IMG/VR virus record: IMGVR_UViG_3300025470_000048
Coordinates: 1 to 35,527 of that record
Source of the DNA: a virus
Taxonomy: Duplodnaviria > Caudoviricetes
Length of the DNA: 35,527 bases
Strand: one strand, 5' to 3'
A program made the position numbers and the translations under genes. The notes under the pieces were generated by a model that saw only the letters and a list, made by a program, of their open reading frames with translations, searched no databases and was not told the origin of the DNA. Of the stretch, positions 1 through 7,995 are shown in pieces (position 1 is the stretch's first letter; each line of letters opens with the position of its first letter).

Positions 1-364
1 CGATCTCAACAATACCAATGGCGTAAATTTAAAACTGACCGGTAATGGCGCAACTACGCCGTCTAAGACGATCCGCGTCAGTAACGGCAATATGGAAATA
101 TTGAACGACGCGTACAGCGCGACGTTGCTTCGAGTAGTCGATAGCGGAGTTATTCAAATTCCTGCAGGCGGCGCTATGCGAATCGTGGCGACCACATACG
201 CGACTATTCCCGCAGCAGCCACGGCGGGTGCGGGGGCGCAGGTGTGGATTACGGATTCCGGTACGGCGTACACGGGCGCGAATATCGGTACTATTATCAG
301 CGCGGGCGGCGGTGCAAATCTCGCTCCATTGTACTCTGACGGCACTAACTGGCGAATTGGTTAA
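1..364 (+). CDS. C-terminal part of a tail fibre / receptor-binding-like virion protein (5'-truncated by window edge)
   Basis: The frame of ORF 92..364 is open from base 2 (DLNNTNGVNLKLTGNGATTPSKTIRVSNGNMEIL...), so the gene starts upstream. It is Thr/Gly/Ala-rich and ends in PLYSDGTNWRIG, a C-terminus typical of phage fibre proteins. Confidence 0.6.
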   Translation, partial: DLNNTNGVNLKLTGNGATTPSKTIRVSNGNMEILNDAYSATLLRVVDSGVIQIPAGGAMRIVATTYATIPAAATAGAGAQVWITDSGTAYTGANIGTIISAGGGANLAPLYSDGTNWRIG

Positions 365-378
365 AACGGGGGATTGAA

Positions 379-534
379 ATGACTCTGGAACTCTCGACTG
401 AAGAAGCACAGGCTCTCCTCAACTTCATCGACCTTGGCCTCAAGGCCACGGGTCTGGGTTCGGCGGAAGCGGCGGTGGTTCTGTCCAAGAAGATTCAGGA
501 CGCCGCGAAAGAAGCGGCTAAGGCGGCAGAATGA
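379..534 (+). CDS. Small helical hypothetical protein (51 aa), possible fibre-associated chaperone; absent from the supplied ORF track
   Basis: Translated by hand: MTLELSTEEAQALLNFIDLGLKATGLGSAEAAVVLSKKIQDAAKEAAKAAE*. GGGGGA lies upstream of ATG 379, and the stop overlaps the next start (ATGA 531-534). Confidence 0.75.
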   Translation: MTLELSTEEAQALLNFIDLGLKATGLGSAEAAVVLSKKIQDAAKEAAKAAE

Positions 535-845
535 GCGTTACCTACACGACGAGCGTTACGTCCTTGGTCACCGTGCCGTCGCAAGACGGCCTGACGGATG
601 TTGTCACTGCCGTGAACTGGCAGGTCTTGGCGACGGACGGGACGTACTACGCGCAGCAGTCGGGCACCGACGCGGTGGGGCCTCCCAATCCGGGCGACTT
701 CACGGCGTACCCGAATCTGACTCAGGCACAGGTACTGAGTTGGATCCCTGACCCGTCCACAGCGGACGTGCAAGCGTACCTCGCGTCTAACATCGCCCTA
801 CAGGCCAACCCGCCTGTCGTGACCCTGCCACCGCCTTGGGGATAA
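531..845 (+). CDS. Conserved phage protein found next to tail fibres (tail assembly chaperone-like)
   Basis: Motifs DVVTAVNW, FTAYPNLTQAQVLSWI and terminal LPPPW recall a common fibre-adjacent phage family; coupled to the upstream gene. Confidence 0.6.
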   Translation: MSVTYTTSVTSLVTVPSQDGLTDVVTAVNWQVLATDGTYYAQQSGTDAVGPPNPGDFTAYPNLTQAQVLSWIPDPSTADVQAYLASNIALQANPPVVTLPPPWG

Positions 846-848
846 TCC

Positions 849-1100
849 GTGAGCGACCACAACGACACCATCAAGCACAGCCTAGATCTCGCTTTCGCTG
901 CGGTAGTGGGCGGTGCGTGGTTACAGGTACTGCCGACGGTAACGACCCTCGTAGGCCTCGTGTGGTACCTGCTCCGGATCTGGGAGTCGGAGACGGTCAA
1001 GCAGTTGACGGGTAGACCCATGAGCAATCGTGACTGGATAGACACGATGCAGTTCCGCAGCCTGAGAAGGAAACAGGAGGGGGATAGAAATGGCGAGTAA
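849..1100 (+). CDS. Small membrane protein, holin-like
   Basis: GTG start; hydrophobic stretch LAFAAVVGGAWLQVLPTVTTLVGLVWYLLRIW followed by a charged C-terminus. Confidence 0.5.
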   Translation: MSDHNDTIKHSLDLAFAAVVGGAWLQVLPTVTTLVGLVWYLLRIWESETVKQLTGRPMSNRDWIDTMQFRSLRRKQEGDRNGE

Positions 1101-1281
1101 GAAATGGATTCAGAAGGCAATCAAGCACCCCGGAGCGTTGCATGAACAATTACACGTTCCAAAGGGTGAAAAGATTCCTGCAAAGAAATTGGCTAAAGCC
1201 GCTGGCGCTTCAGGTAAGTTGGGCCAACGTGCGCGACTGGCCCAGACGCTTAAAGGAATGGGCAGTGCCGAGCGTAAGTAA
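1090..1281 (+). CDS. Small basic phage protein (63 aa)
   Basis: GGAGGG upstream; Lys-rich KWIQKAIKHPGALH...RARLAQTLKG; overlaps both neighbours as expected in an operon. Confidence 0.75.
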   Translation: MASKKWIQKAIKHPGALHEQLHVPKGEKIPAKKLAKAAGASGKLGQRARLAQTLKGMGSAERK

Positions 1282-2488
1282 GAAACAACACAACCTCATG
1301 GAGGCCGTGGCGCACAATCCCGGCTTTGCCAAAAAGGTTGGCATCCCACAGAAAGTGGGTAAACATTTCCATGAGGCAGATAAGATGAAACGTAAAAAAT
1401 TTGATGAAGGTGGACAAGCCTCCAGCAAAGCCGACAAGGAATGGTGGAGGCATGGGAACCCCAGTGCGCCTAAGACGACAAAAGACATTCCGTCAGATGA
1501 TTACGCTGATGCCTACGGGTTCGATAGCGCTTCGCAAGCGGGAAGTTATTTGTACGACAAAACTAAGAAGGCGCTTGGTCCGGGTATCGGAGACGCTTTA
1601 GGTTTTACCGTCGGTACGGTTGGCGCATTGCCAGCGCGTGGAATCAGTATGCTCTACCGTAAAGTGACGGGGCATACGCCTCCACCAAGATCTGACAACG
1701 AAGAATATAGGAAAGGTGGCAAAGTGAAACACGCAAACGAACTCCATGGCAAGGCTAAGGAAACGAAGTCGATTGCTAAGGAAGAAATGAAGGCCCTGAA
1801 GCGTGGTCACGCGCCGAAGGAAATCCTAGAACACGAAAAAGCGGAGCATAAGGCTATGGGCTACAAGAAGGGCGGCAAGATCGAAACCCCGAAGAAGGGT
1901 TTCGCGATGGCTGAGACCAAAGGTGGTCGCAAGCCACCGCACAGTAAGAAAGGCGAAGAAGGCGATACCAAACTCAAGGGTTTCGGTATGGGCAAGGGTC
2001 TCGGTAAGGGCCGTAAGGTCACCAAGGCGGCGACGCCGAAGGACGAGATGCCCCGTAAGGGCTTTGCCATGAAGAAGGGCGGTCACGTCAAGAAGCACGA
2101 GAAGCACATGGCGCGTGGCGGCATGGGCGCTCCGGCGCGTAAGCCGCATGTCCCGAAGCCTCCGAAGGCTGATCCGGCGGCGATCGCGGCCCTGATGGGT
2201 CCGGCGATGGGCGGCGGTGCCCCGGCTCCGGGCGCAGGTATGCCGCCGATGGGCGGGCCGACGATGGGTGCCAAGAAGGGTGGGCATATTAGCCATCACC
2301 ATCATCACCACTACGCCAAGGGCGGTCACGTCAAGGGCGAGCACAAGCATGAAGACGGCATCGCCGAAAAGGGTCATACTCGCGGTAAGCAGGTGAAGAT
2401 GGCCTCCGGCGGTCACGTCGGTTCCCACCCGTCTCGCCGTGCTGATGGCGCGGCCCACAAGGGACATACCCGCTGCAAGGTAGTGTGA
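1265..2488 (+). CDS. Lys/His/Gly-rich basic protein with 8-9 xxxGG motifs; probable internal virion or DNA-binding protein
   Basis: Probable start is GTG 1265 (MPSVSKKQHNLMEAVAHNPGFAKKVGIP) rather than 1142, which would overlap most of the previous gene. Contains FDEGG, YRKGGKV, YKKGGKI, MKKGGHV, MARGG, AKKGGHI, YAKGGHV, MASGGHV. Confidence 0.75.
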   Translation: MPSVSKKQHNLMEAVAHNPGFAKKVGIPQKVGKHFHEADKMKRKKFDEGGQASSKADKEWWRHGNPSAPKTTKDIPSDDYADAYGFDSASQAGSYLYDKTKKALGPGIGDALGFTVGTVGALPARGISMLYRKVTGHTPPPRSDNEEYRKGGKVKHANELHGKAKETKSIAKEEMKALKRGHAPKEILEHEKAEHKAMGYKKGGKIETPKKGFAMAETKGGRKPPHSKKGEEGDTKLKGFGMGKGLGKGRKVTKAATPKDEMPRKGFAMKKGGHVKKHEKHMARGGMGAPARKPHVPKPPKADPAAIAALMGPAMGGGAPAPGAGMPPMGGPTMGAKKGGHISHHHHHHYAKGGHVKGEHKHEDGIAEKGHTRGKQVKMASGGHVGSHPSRRADGAAHKGHTRCKVV

Positions 2489-2489
2489 G

Positions 2490-3278
2490 ATGAAAGCGAA
2501 GGCGAGCAAAAAGCACGCGAAGCCTACCCGCCGAGCTAAAGGCGGGAAGTTTCACCACAAAATGAAGCGTCATTACGACGACGGCGGCGGTATCGACGTG
2601 GGTCCGATCGACATGGGTGGTCATATGCCCAATATCGATGACGCGATGTCGTTTAGCACCGCGTTTAAGTTGGCCCGTGCCGCGGGTAAACCGACGTTTC
2701 CGTGGCGTGGTAAGCGGTACACCACTCAGTTGGCGGGTGCGCAGCCTTCTGCGCCTTCCGCTGCCGCACCCTCGGCGGCTCCCGCTGCCGCACCCTCGGC
2801 GGCTCCGATGCCCCCACCGTCGCGCACGACAGGTCCGGGTATGGACATCAGTGGCACGGCCCCTGACGTCTATGGGCGCAGCAGTACAGATCCGTTCAGT
2901 ATGCGACCGTCTGTAAATCCCGAGGAATATAGTCAGCAAGCCCGGATGGAAGGCACGCTTGGGCGACTGGGCACCCTTGGTGCCGCTGTCGCAGGGCCGG
3001 AAGCCTTGGGCGCGGAAGCCGGTGAAGGCTTCATTGGAAAAGAAGGGCTTACTGCTCTAAAGGCCCTCAAGAAACGTGGGCAGTTGGCGCGCAACCTCGG
3101 TAAAGCGACCGAAAAGTCACTCCCACACGCCGAAGCGGCTTCGGGTATGTGGAATGACGAATTCGGTCTAGGCATCAAGCGCGGCGGTAAGATCAAAGCC
3201 CACAAGTACGCCGCTGGCGGTTCTATTCGTGGCGGCGGCTGCGAATCGAAGGGCAAAACGAAAGGTTCTCATCGTTAA
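2490..3278 (+). CDS. Basic protein with xxxGG motifs, an FxxAFxxARxAGxxTFxWxGKxYTT segment and an Ala/Pro linker
   Basis: Starts 1 nt after the previous stop. Contains RAKGGKF, YDDGGGI, IKRGGKI, YAAGGSI and ends RGGGCESKGKTKGSHR. Confidence 0.75.
   Translation: MKAKASKKHAKPTRRAKGGKFHHKMKRHYDDGGGIDVGPIDMGGHMPNIDDAMSFSTAFKLARAAGKPTFPWRGKRYTTQLAGAQPSAPSAAAPSAAPAAAPSAAPMPPPSRTTGPGMDISGTAPDVYGRSSTDPFSMRPSVNPEEYSQQARMEGTLGRLGTLGAAVAGPEALGAEAGEGFIGKEGLTALKALKKRGQLARNLGKATEKSLPHAEAASGMWNDEFGLGIKRGGKIKAHKYAAGGSIRGGGCESKGKTKGSHR
2758..2806 (+). repeat. Perfect in-frame 24-bp tandem duplication (ccgctgccgcaccctcggcggctc x2) encoding AAAPSAAP
   Basis: Read directly: copies at 2758-2781 and 2782-2805. 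Confidence 0.85.
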
Positions 3279-3291
3279 TTAGGAGATTGAA

Positions 3292-3531
3292 ATGTCGAAG
3301 CACGGTCATCACGAACATCACGGTCATCTCAAGCCTCATCATTCCAAGGGTCATCACGGTCCGCACGGCTCGCACGAGCATGCGACTCATGAGCATCACC
3401 CGAAGCATCATGAGCCGAAGCACCACACCCATCACATGACGCCGCACCACATCCACCACTCGCACGGTGGTCATGTGGATACGCACTTGCATCACCGCGA
3501 GCATATCCTCAAGCACTTCCACGGGAAGTAA
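3292..3531 (+). CDS. Extremely His-rich small protein (34 His in 79 aa)
   Basis: Strong SD (AGGAG) before ATG 3292; His counted by hand; contains HSHGGHV. Confidence 0.75.
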   Translation: MSKHGHHEHHGHLKPHHSKGHHGPHGSHEHATHEHHPKHHEPKHHTHHMTPHHIHHSHGGHVDTHLHHREHILKHFHGK

Positions 3532-3894
3532 GTGATGTTGTCTTCACGGGGCATGGGTGCCATAAATCCCAGTAAAGTCCCTACCCCCCGTACTGGGAGG
3601 AAGGTCCATGCCCCCGTGAAGGCTTGTTGTTCAGGTGGGAAGATGGCGAAGGGTGGGTTGGCATGGACTCGCAAGGAAGGCCAGAACCCGAATGGCGGCT
3701 TGAACGCTAAGGGTCGGGCGTCCTACAACAAGGCACACGGAGCGCACCTCAAGGCTCCGCAACCGGAAGGTGGCCCTCGTCGGGATTCGTTCTGTGCCCG
3801 GATGAAAGGCGCGAAGCGTAAACTGACGAGCAAGAAGACGGCGAACGATCCGAACAGTCGGATCAACAAAAGCCTACGGGCGTGGAAGTGCTAA
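3532..3894 (+). CDS. Basic phage protein; C-terminal part resembles the DUF6321-type family
   Basis: N-terminal SRGMGAINPSK, linker CCSGGKMAKGG, then AWTRKEGQNPNGGLNAKGRASYN...SFCARMKG...DPNSRINKSLRAWKC. Family name is from memory. Confidence 0.65.
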   Translation: MMLSSRGMGAINPSKVPTPRTGRKVHAPVKACCSGGKMAKGGLAWTRKEGQNPNGGLNAKGRASYNKAHGAHLKAPQPEGGPRRDSFCARMKGAKRKLTSKKTANDPNSRINKSLRAWKC

Positions 3895-4623
3895 ATGACC
3901 GCTACACTGTCTGGTCTTACGACGTTTAATCCGAACCTCAACGACGTTGTTGAGGAGGCGTTTGAGCGTTGTGGCGCAGAGTTACGCTCGGGTTATGACT
4001 TGCGTACGGCTACGCGCAGTCTGAATCTGCTATTCATGGACTGGGCCAATCGCGGCGTCAATCTGTGGACGATGGATCTGTCGTATCAACAGGTGCTGAC
4101 CCCCGGCGTAGCGACGTACACGATTCCCGTGGACACGGTAGATCTGCTCGACCATGTGATCCGTACAGGGTCTGGGACGACGCAGCAGGACATCAACATC
4201 ACGCGCATCTCCAGTTCGACCTACCTCATGATCCCGAATAAGAATGCCACGGGGCGTCCTATTCAAGTTTGGATCAATCGGTTGAGCGGTCAGACGGCGG
4301 CGGGTGGTAGCAGCACGACGTATCAGCCCACGATCACGGTCTGGCCTACGCCAGACAATTCTACGACGTACACGTTCGTAGCAACGCGGCTGCGGCGTAT
4401 TCAGGATGCGGGAACAGGTCTCAACATTCAGGACATGTCGTTCCGGTTCTGGCCCGCGATGTGTTCGGGTCTGGCCTACTACTTGTCTATGAAGATCACC
4501 GGGGCTGAGTCACGTACGCAGGTTCTTAAGATGGCGTACGACGAGGATTGGCAACGCGCGGCAGACGAAGACCGCGAGAAGGCGGCGATTCGATTTGTTC
4601 CCCGTGAAACATTCTTGCGGTGA
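3895..4623 (+). CDS. Putative head-to-tail adaptor / tail tubular A-like virion protein
   Basis: Helical N-terminus (VVEEAFERCG...LNLLFMDWANRGVNLWT), beta-rich middle (ITVWPTPD), helical end (GLAYYLSMK...YDEDWQRAADEDRE): the usual podophage adaptor layout. Confidence 0.65.
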   Translation: MTATLSGLTTFNPNLNDVVEEAFERCGAELRSGYDLRTATRSLNLLFMDWANRGVNLWTMDLSYQQVLTPGVATYTIPVDTVDLLDHVIRTGSGTTQQDINITRISSSTYLMIPNKNATGRPIQVWINRLSGQTAAGGSSTTYQPTITVWPTPDNSTTYTFVATRLRRIQDAGTGLNIQDMSFRFWPAMCSGLAYYLSMKITGAESRTQVLKMAYDEDWQRAADEDREKAAIRFVPRETFLR

Positions 4624-4626
4624 TCC

Positions 4627-5007
4627 ATGCCGAATCGGTTTTCATCTGGCAAGTTTTCGATCGCCGAGTGCGATCGATGTGGGTTCCGGTACAAGTTGTC
4701 GGAACTCAAGAACCTTGTCATCAAGACGAAAAATGTCAGTATCAAGGTCTGTCCGTCGTGTTGGGATCCGGATCACCCGCAGTTGCAGTTGGGTCTGTAT
4801 CCGGTCAACGATCCGCAAGCGGTGCGAGAGCCTCGCAAGGACATTAGTTACTACACCGCGACAAGCGTAAACGGCGGTGACGGTGGTAGCCGTATCTACC
4901 AGTGGGGATGGAATCCGGTCGGGTACCGGACATCGTTTTTGCCTGAGACGCCTAACGATCTAATCGGCGTCGGTGGCGTGGGTACGGTTACTATAGCGTT
5001 CTCCTAG
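4627..5007 (+). CDS. Conserved phage Zn-ribbon-like protein
   Basis: Two CxxC pairs: CDRCGFRY and VCPSCWDPDHPQL. Confidence 0.7.
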   Translation: MPNRFSSGKFSIAECDRCGFRYKLSELKNLVIKTKNVSIKVCPSCWDPDHPQLQLGLYPVNDPQAVREPRKDISYYTATSVNGGDGGSRIYQWGWNPVGYRTSFLPETPNDLIGVGGVGTVTIAFS

Positions 5008-5016
5008 GAGAGTTAG

Positions 5017-5166
5017 ATGAAGAAGCACGACAAGCATCACGACGGCAAAAAGCACATGGCGGCGGGTGGTGTCACTGGCGAAGCCATGAAGAAGTATGGG
5101 CGCAATCTCGCCCGTGCGATGAATCAGAAAGCCGCGTCGCATAAGAGCGGCGGTCGGGGGCGGTAA
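5017..5166 (+). CDS. Small basic protein (49 aa) carrying the xxxGG motif; absent from the supplied ORF track
   Basis: Translated by hand: MKKHDKHHDGKKHMAAGGVTGEAMKKYGRNLARAMNQKAASHKSGGRGR*. SD AGGAG lies upstream, there is a TAATG overlap with the next gene, and it fills the gap exactly. Confidence 0.8.
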   Translation: MKKHDKHHDGKKHMAAGGVTGEAMKKYGRNLARAMNQKAASHKSGGRGR

Positions 5167-5468
5167 TGAGCAACAAATGGCAGGATTTTAAGTATTTCGG
5201 GTGGGATGAACCGAACCCCATCGGGAAGTACAAGCAGCCTATGAAGAACCCTCGGTTCACCGACGGTCAGGGCTACGAGTCTGATGAACTCGACCGCATG
5301 GGCACCAAGACCTACGGTCGTTGGGTGCGCCCGTTGAACGGCGACAAGAAGGAACGCCTTGAGATTCGTGGTTGCAAGAACACGACTCGCGGCAAGCACT
5401 TCTACGAGGATCACCAAGAGCGCGATCAGGTTCGTACTAAGGCTCGTCCGGGCAAGCACGAGGACTGA
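5166..5468 (+). CDS. Hypothetical charged phage protein
   Basis: Coupled start (TAATG); contains IRGCKNTTRGK, resembling the C-terminal motif of the basic proteins upstream. Confidence 0.65.
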   Translation: MSNKWQDFKYFGWDEPNPIGKYKQPMKNPRFTDGQGYESDELDRMGTKTYGRWVRPLNGDKKERLEIRGCKNTTRGKHFYEDHQERDQVRTKARPGKHED

Positions 5469-5474
5469 TAGACC

Positions 5475-6173
5475 ATGCAGGTCATCTACAGCACGTCGTC
5501 GTCTGCGACGAACAACTTGTACACGATGATTCAGAACTACTGTGAATCGTCGGAAGCGTCGTTCGTTGCGAACATACCGAACTTTGTACAGTTAGCGGAA
5601 GAGCGGATCTATAACTCTGTTCAGCTTCCTGTCATCCGACAGAACGCGACGGGTACGATGACTGCGGGCAATCAGTACCTCCAGTTGCCTTCCACGGTCG
5701 GCGGTGTGCCGGTGTCTTGGCTGTCGATCTTCTCGGTCGCGGTCATTAACCCGAACAACATCGCGGGTAACATCAGTCAGGCGTTCTTGCTCGACAAGGA
5801 CGTGAACTTCGTTCGCCAGTCGTATCCAGACCCTACGATCACCGGTACGCCGCAGCACTATGGCGTGTTTGACTCCAGTACGCTGATTCTTGGCCCTACG
5901 CCGGATCAGAACTACGCGGTCGAGATGCACTACTACGGTTACCCTGCGTCCATCGTGACGGCAACCAATACATGGTTGGGCAATAACTTCGGTGAAGTAT
6001 TGCTGTACGGTGCGGTGCGTGAAGGATACGTCTACCTGAAGGGTGAGACGGACATGGCACAGAAGTACGACCAGATGTATCAGGAAGGCATGGCGCTGCT
6101 CAAGCAGCTTGGCGATGGCAAAGACCGTCAGGACGCGTATCGTTCTGGTCAGGTCAGGGTTAAGGTCACATGA
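5475..6173 (+). CDS. Second adaptor / tail tubular-like virion protein
   Basis: IPNFVQLAEERIYN ... LILGPTPDQNYAVEMHY ... LLYGAVREGYVYLKGE: same helix-beta-helix layout and PTPD motif as 3895..4623. Confidence 0.6.
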   Translation: MQVIYSTSSSATNNLYTMIQNYCESSEASFVANIPNFVQLAEERIYNSVQLPVIRQNATGTMTAGNQYLQLPSTVGGVPVSWLSIFSVAVINPNNIAGNISQAFLLDKDVNFVRQSYPDPTITGTPQHYGVFDSSTLILGPTPDQNYAVEMHYYGYPASIVTATNTWLGNNFGEVLLYGAVREGYVYLKGETDMAQKYDQMYQEGMALLKQLGDGKDRQDAYRSGQVRVKVT

Positions 6174-6583
6174 GTGGTATCACGCAATGTATGACCACCT
6201 CGTTCAAGGTGGACTGTTTGGGCATCGTGTCCAACGCCAAGATCGCGTTGTACTTAGTTGCCAATGGCGCGGCGTTAGATGCGACCACGACAGCGTACAC
6301 CGCAACGGGCGAGACCACGGGTACCGGCTACACTGCCGGTGGACTCGCGTTGACCATAGGCACAGCGCCGACATCTAGCGGTACGACGGCTTATTTGGGC
6401 TTCAATAACGTCTCGTGGCCCGGAGCGTCGTTCAGCGCGGACGGCGCACTCATCTATAACTCGGTGACGGGACACTCTATCGCCGTGTTGAACTTCGGCG
6501 GTACCAAGACCGTTACGTCGGGTACGTTCACAGTACAGTTCCCCGCTGCCGCACCGGGGACTGCAATCGTTCAAATATCCTAG
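6170..6583 (+). CDS. Conserved small virion structural protein
   Basis: TSFK...KIALY...TTTAYTATGE.GTGYTAGG...GALIYN...VLNFGG pattern typical of phage structural beta proteins; ATGA overlap with the previous gene. Confidence 0.65.
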   Translation: MSGITQCMTTSFKVDCLGIVSNAKIALYLVANGAALDATTTAYTATGETTGTGYTAGGLALTIGTAPTSSGTTAYLGFNNVSWPGASFSADGALIYNSVTGHSIAVLNFGGTKTVTSGTFTVQFPAAAPGTAIVQIS

Positions 6584-6592
6584 GGGTAGGCT

Positions 6593-6934
6593 ATGAGCAG
6601 TAAGCGTTCTAAAGAGGGTTATCTGATCATCGACCATCGGGCAACAGAACCTGTTCCTGATGAAATCATGGTAAAAGACGGACTTCCTCCCGGTTCCGGT
6701 CGTGGAGTGTTTGAGTCTGCAACGTATACGTGTTCGCATTGCCAATATGTAGTAGTGCTAAACCCTAACCGTACTCGGGAACGCGAGTACTGCCGTGGTT
6801 GCGACAGTTATATTTGTGACGGTTGCGGACTACTTAAAAAGAATGGCGCTCCGTGCAAAACGTACGCGCAAGTTATAGACGAGGCTCATGAGGCCGCGTT
6901 GAGATTAACAAATTCTGGTTTGATTATTTCTTAA
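6593..6934 (+). CDS. Cys-rich putative Zn-binding protein
   Basis: CSHC, CRGC, CDGC and a further Cys; purine-rich GGGGTAGG upstream. Confidence 0.65.
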   Translation: MSSKRSKEGYLIIDHRATEPVPDEIMVKDGLPPGSGRGVFESATYTCSHCQYVVVLNPNRTREREYCRGCDSYICDGCGLLKKNGAPCKTYAQVIDEAHEAALRLTNSGLIIS

Positions 6935-6945
6935 GGAGATTTGCA

Positions 6946-7476
6946 ATGGCTAAGTATTCAGCCCAATACTCTTCGGTTCCTTTTGCAGTTACGGCCCTTG
7001 GTTCGAGTATCAGCACGACTGGTACTAATGCGTTTATGGCGTTGATCGGCGGTGTTGCTACCGGCGGCCTCAAGGTCAGCGAGATCTACATGGGTGGTGA
7101 AGCCGCTTCATCCTCGCAGGTGGCTTCGATGGCGTTTAGTCGCGCGACCACGCTTGCTGCGACTCTGACCGCAGGTTTCGCGACCATCATCTTAACGGAT
7201 ATTTTTGCGTCCCCGCCCGCGACCGCTCCTTCGGTGGGCACTCAGTGGACTACGACGACGGCTCCTGTCGCTAGCGCTAACGCACTGCTCCACTTGTCGT
7301 TCAACGCGTACGGCGGCATCGTGCGTTGGGTGGCATCGCCTGATCAAATGATTACGGCGTTCGGTACGGCGGCGTATACCAACGGTACGCAGGGTACGGG
7401 TGGTGAACTTATTTTGACGCAGATTGCGGGTACGGCTTCGACGATCTCGGGTCATATTCTGTTCGAAACCCTGTAA
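6946..7476 (+). CDS. Beta-rich putative virion surface protein (distant member of a tandem trio)
   Basis: SD AAGGAG; Ala/Thr/Gly/Ser-rich, 176 aa; ends HILFETL. Confidence 0.65.
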   Translation: MAKYSAQYSSVPFAVTALGSSISTTGTNAFMALIGGVATGGLKVSEIYMGGEAASSSQVASMAFSRATTLAATLTAGFATIILTDIFASPPATAPSVGTQWTTTTAPVASANALLHLSFNAYGGIVRWVASPDQMITAFGTAAYTNGTQGTGGELILTQIAGTASTISGHILFETL

Positions 7477-7488
7477 GAGGAGAACGCC

Positions 7489-7986
7489 GTGGCAGCAAAC
7501 GGGTTAATGTACACGGCGTCGTTCAACGCCACGTCTGGTTTTGCGGGCGGTACAGTACAGGATCTTTGGCAGATCACTGCTTCTGCCACGGCATCCATCC
7601 TCATCCATTCGTGGCGCGTCACGATGCTCCCGGTGATTACATCGGGCGTGGCGCAGGACTTGCGGTTCAATCTTCAAATCCTTACGCGTTCTGGTACGGC
7701 GGGTACCGGCGGTACAGCGGTTACTCCTGTTCCGGTAAACAAACGCAATACGGTAACGGCTACTTCAGTATGGACTCGTAACGTAACTGCTGTAGCTACT
7801 GCGGGTAGCATTATCTCCAACGACTACGTATCAGTCGTTGTACCGTACGAACGTGTCTATACGCCGGATCAGCGTATCGTGCTTCCGGCTGCGGCGTCGG
7901 GATCGTTCCTTTCGTTGTATATGCCTACACCTCCGGGCGCTACAGTTGTTGGTTGGTCAACTGAAGTCTATTTCGAAGAGATCTGA
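7489..7986 (+). CDS. Beta-rich putative virion surface protein (paralogue of 7996..8529)
   Basis: SD GAGGAG, GTG start; IHSW, SGVAQD, DQRI; ends EVYFEEI. Confidence 0.7.
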   Translation: MAANGLMYTASFNATSGFAGGTVQDLWQITASATASILIHSWRVTMLPVITSGVAQDLRFNLQILTRSGTAGTGGTAVTPVPVNKRNTVTATSVWTRNVTAVATAGSIISNDYVSVVVPYERVYTPDQRIVLPAAASGSFLSLYMPTPPGATVVGWSTEVYFEEI

Positions 7987-7995
7987 GGGTATGTC

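Noticed and set aside
1142-1264. Upstream extension of the 448-aa ORF (also the listed starts at 12092, 16493, 21401, 27738, 31018, 35026)
   Set aside because: These extensions overlap neighbouring genes; downstream starts with stop-start coupling or better spacing fit better.
1826-2939. Long antisense ORFs (e.g. 1826..2509, 2331..2939; also 14917..15630, 20800..21483)
   Set aside because: They are shadows of GC-rich codon usage on the coding strand, with no recognisable motifs or ribosome-binding sites.
3292-5166. Five consecutive genes in the same reading frame, separated by 0-9 nt (possible stop read-through or recoding)
   Set aside because: The stops are mixed (TAA, TAA, TGA, TAG), each downstream ORF has its own plausible start, and genes elsewhere are full length in the standard code. 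There is no evidence beyond frame coincidence.
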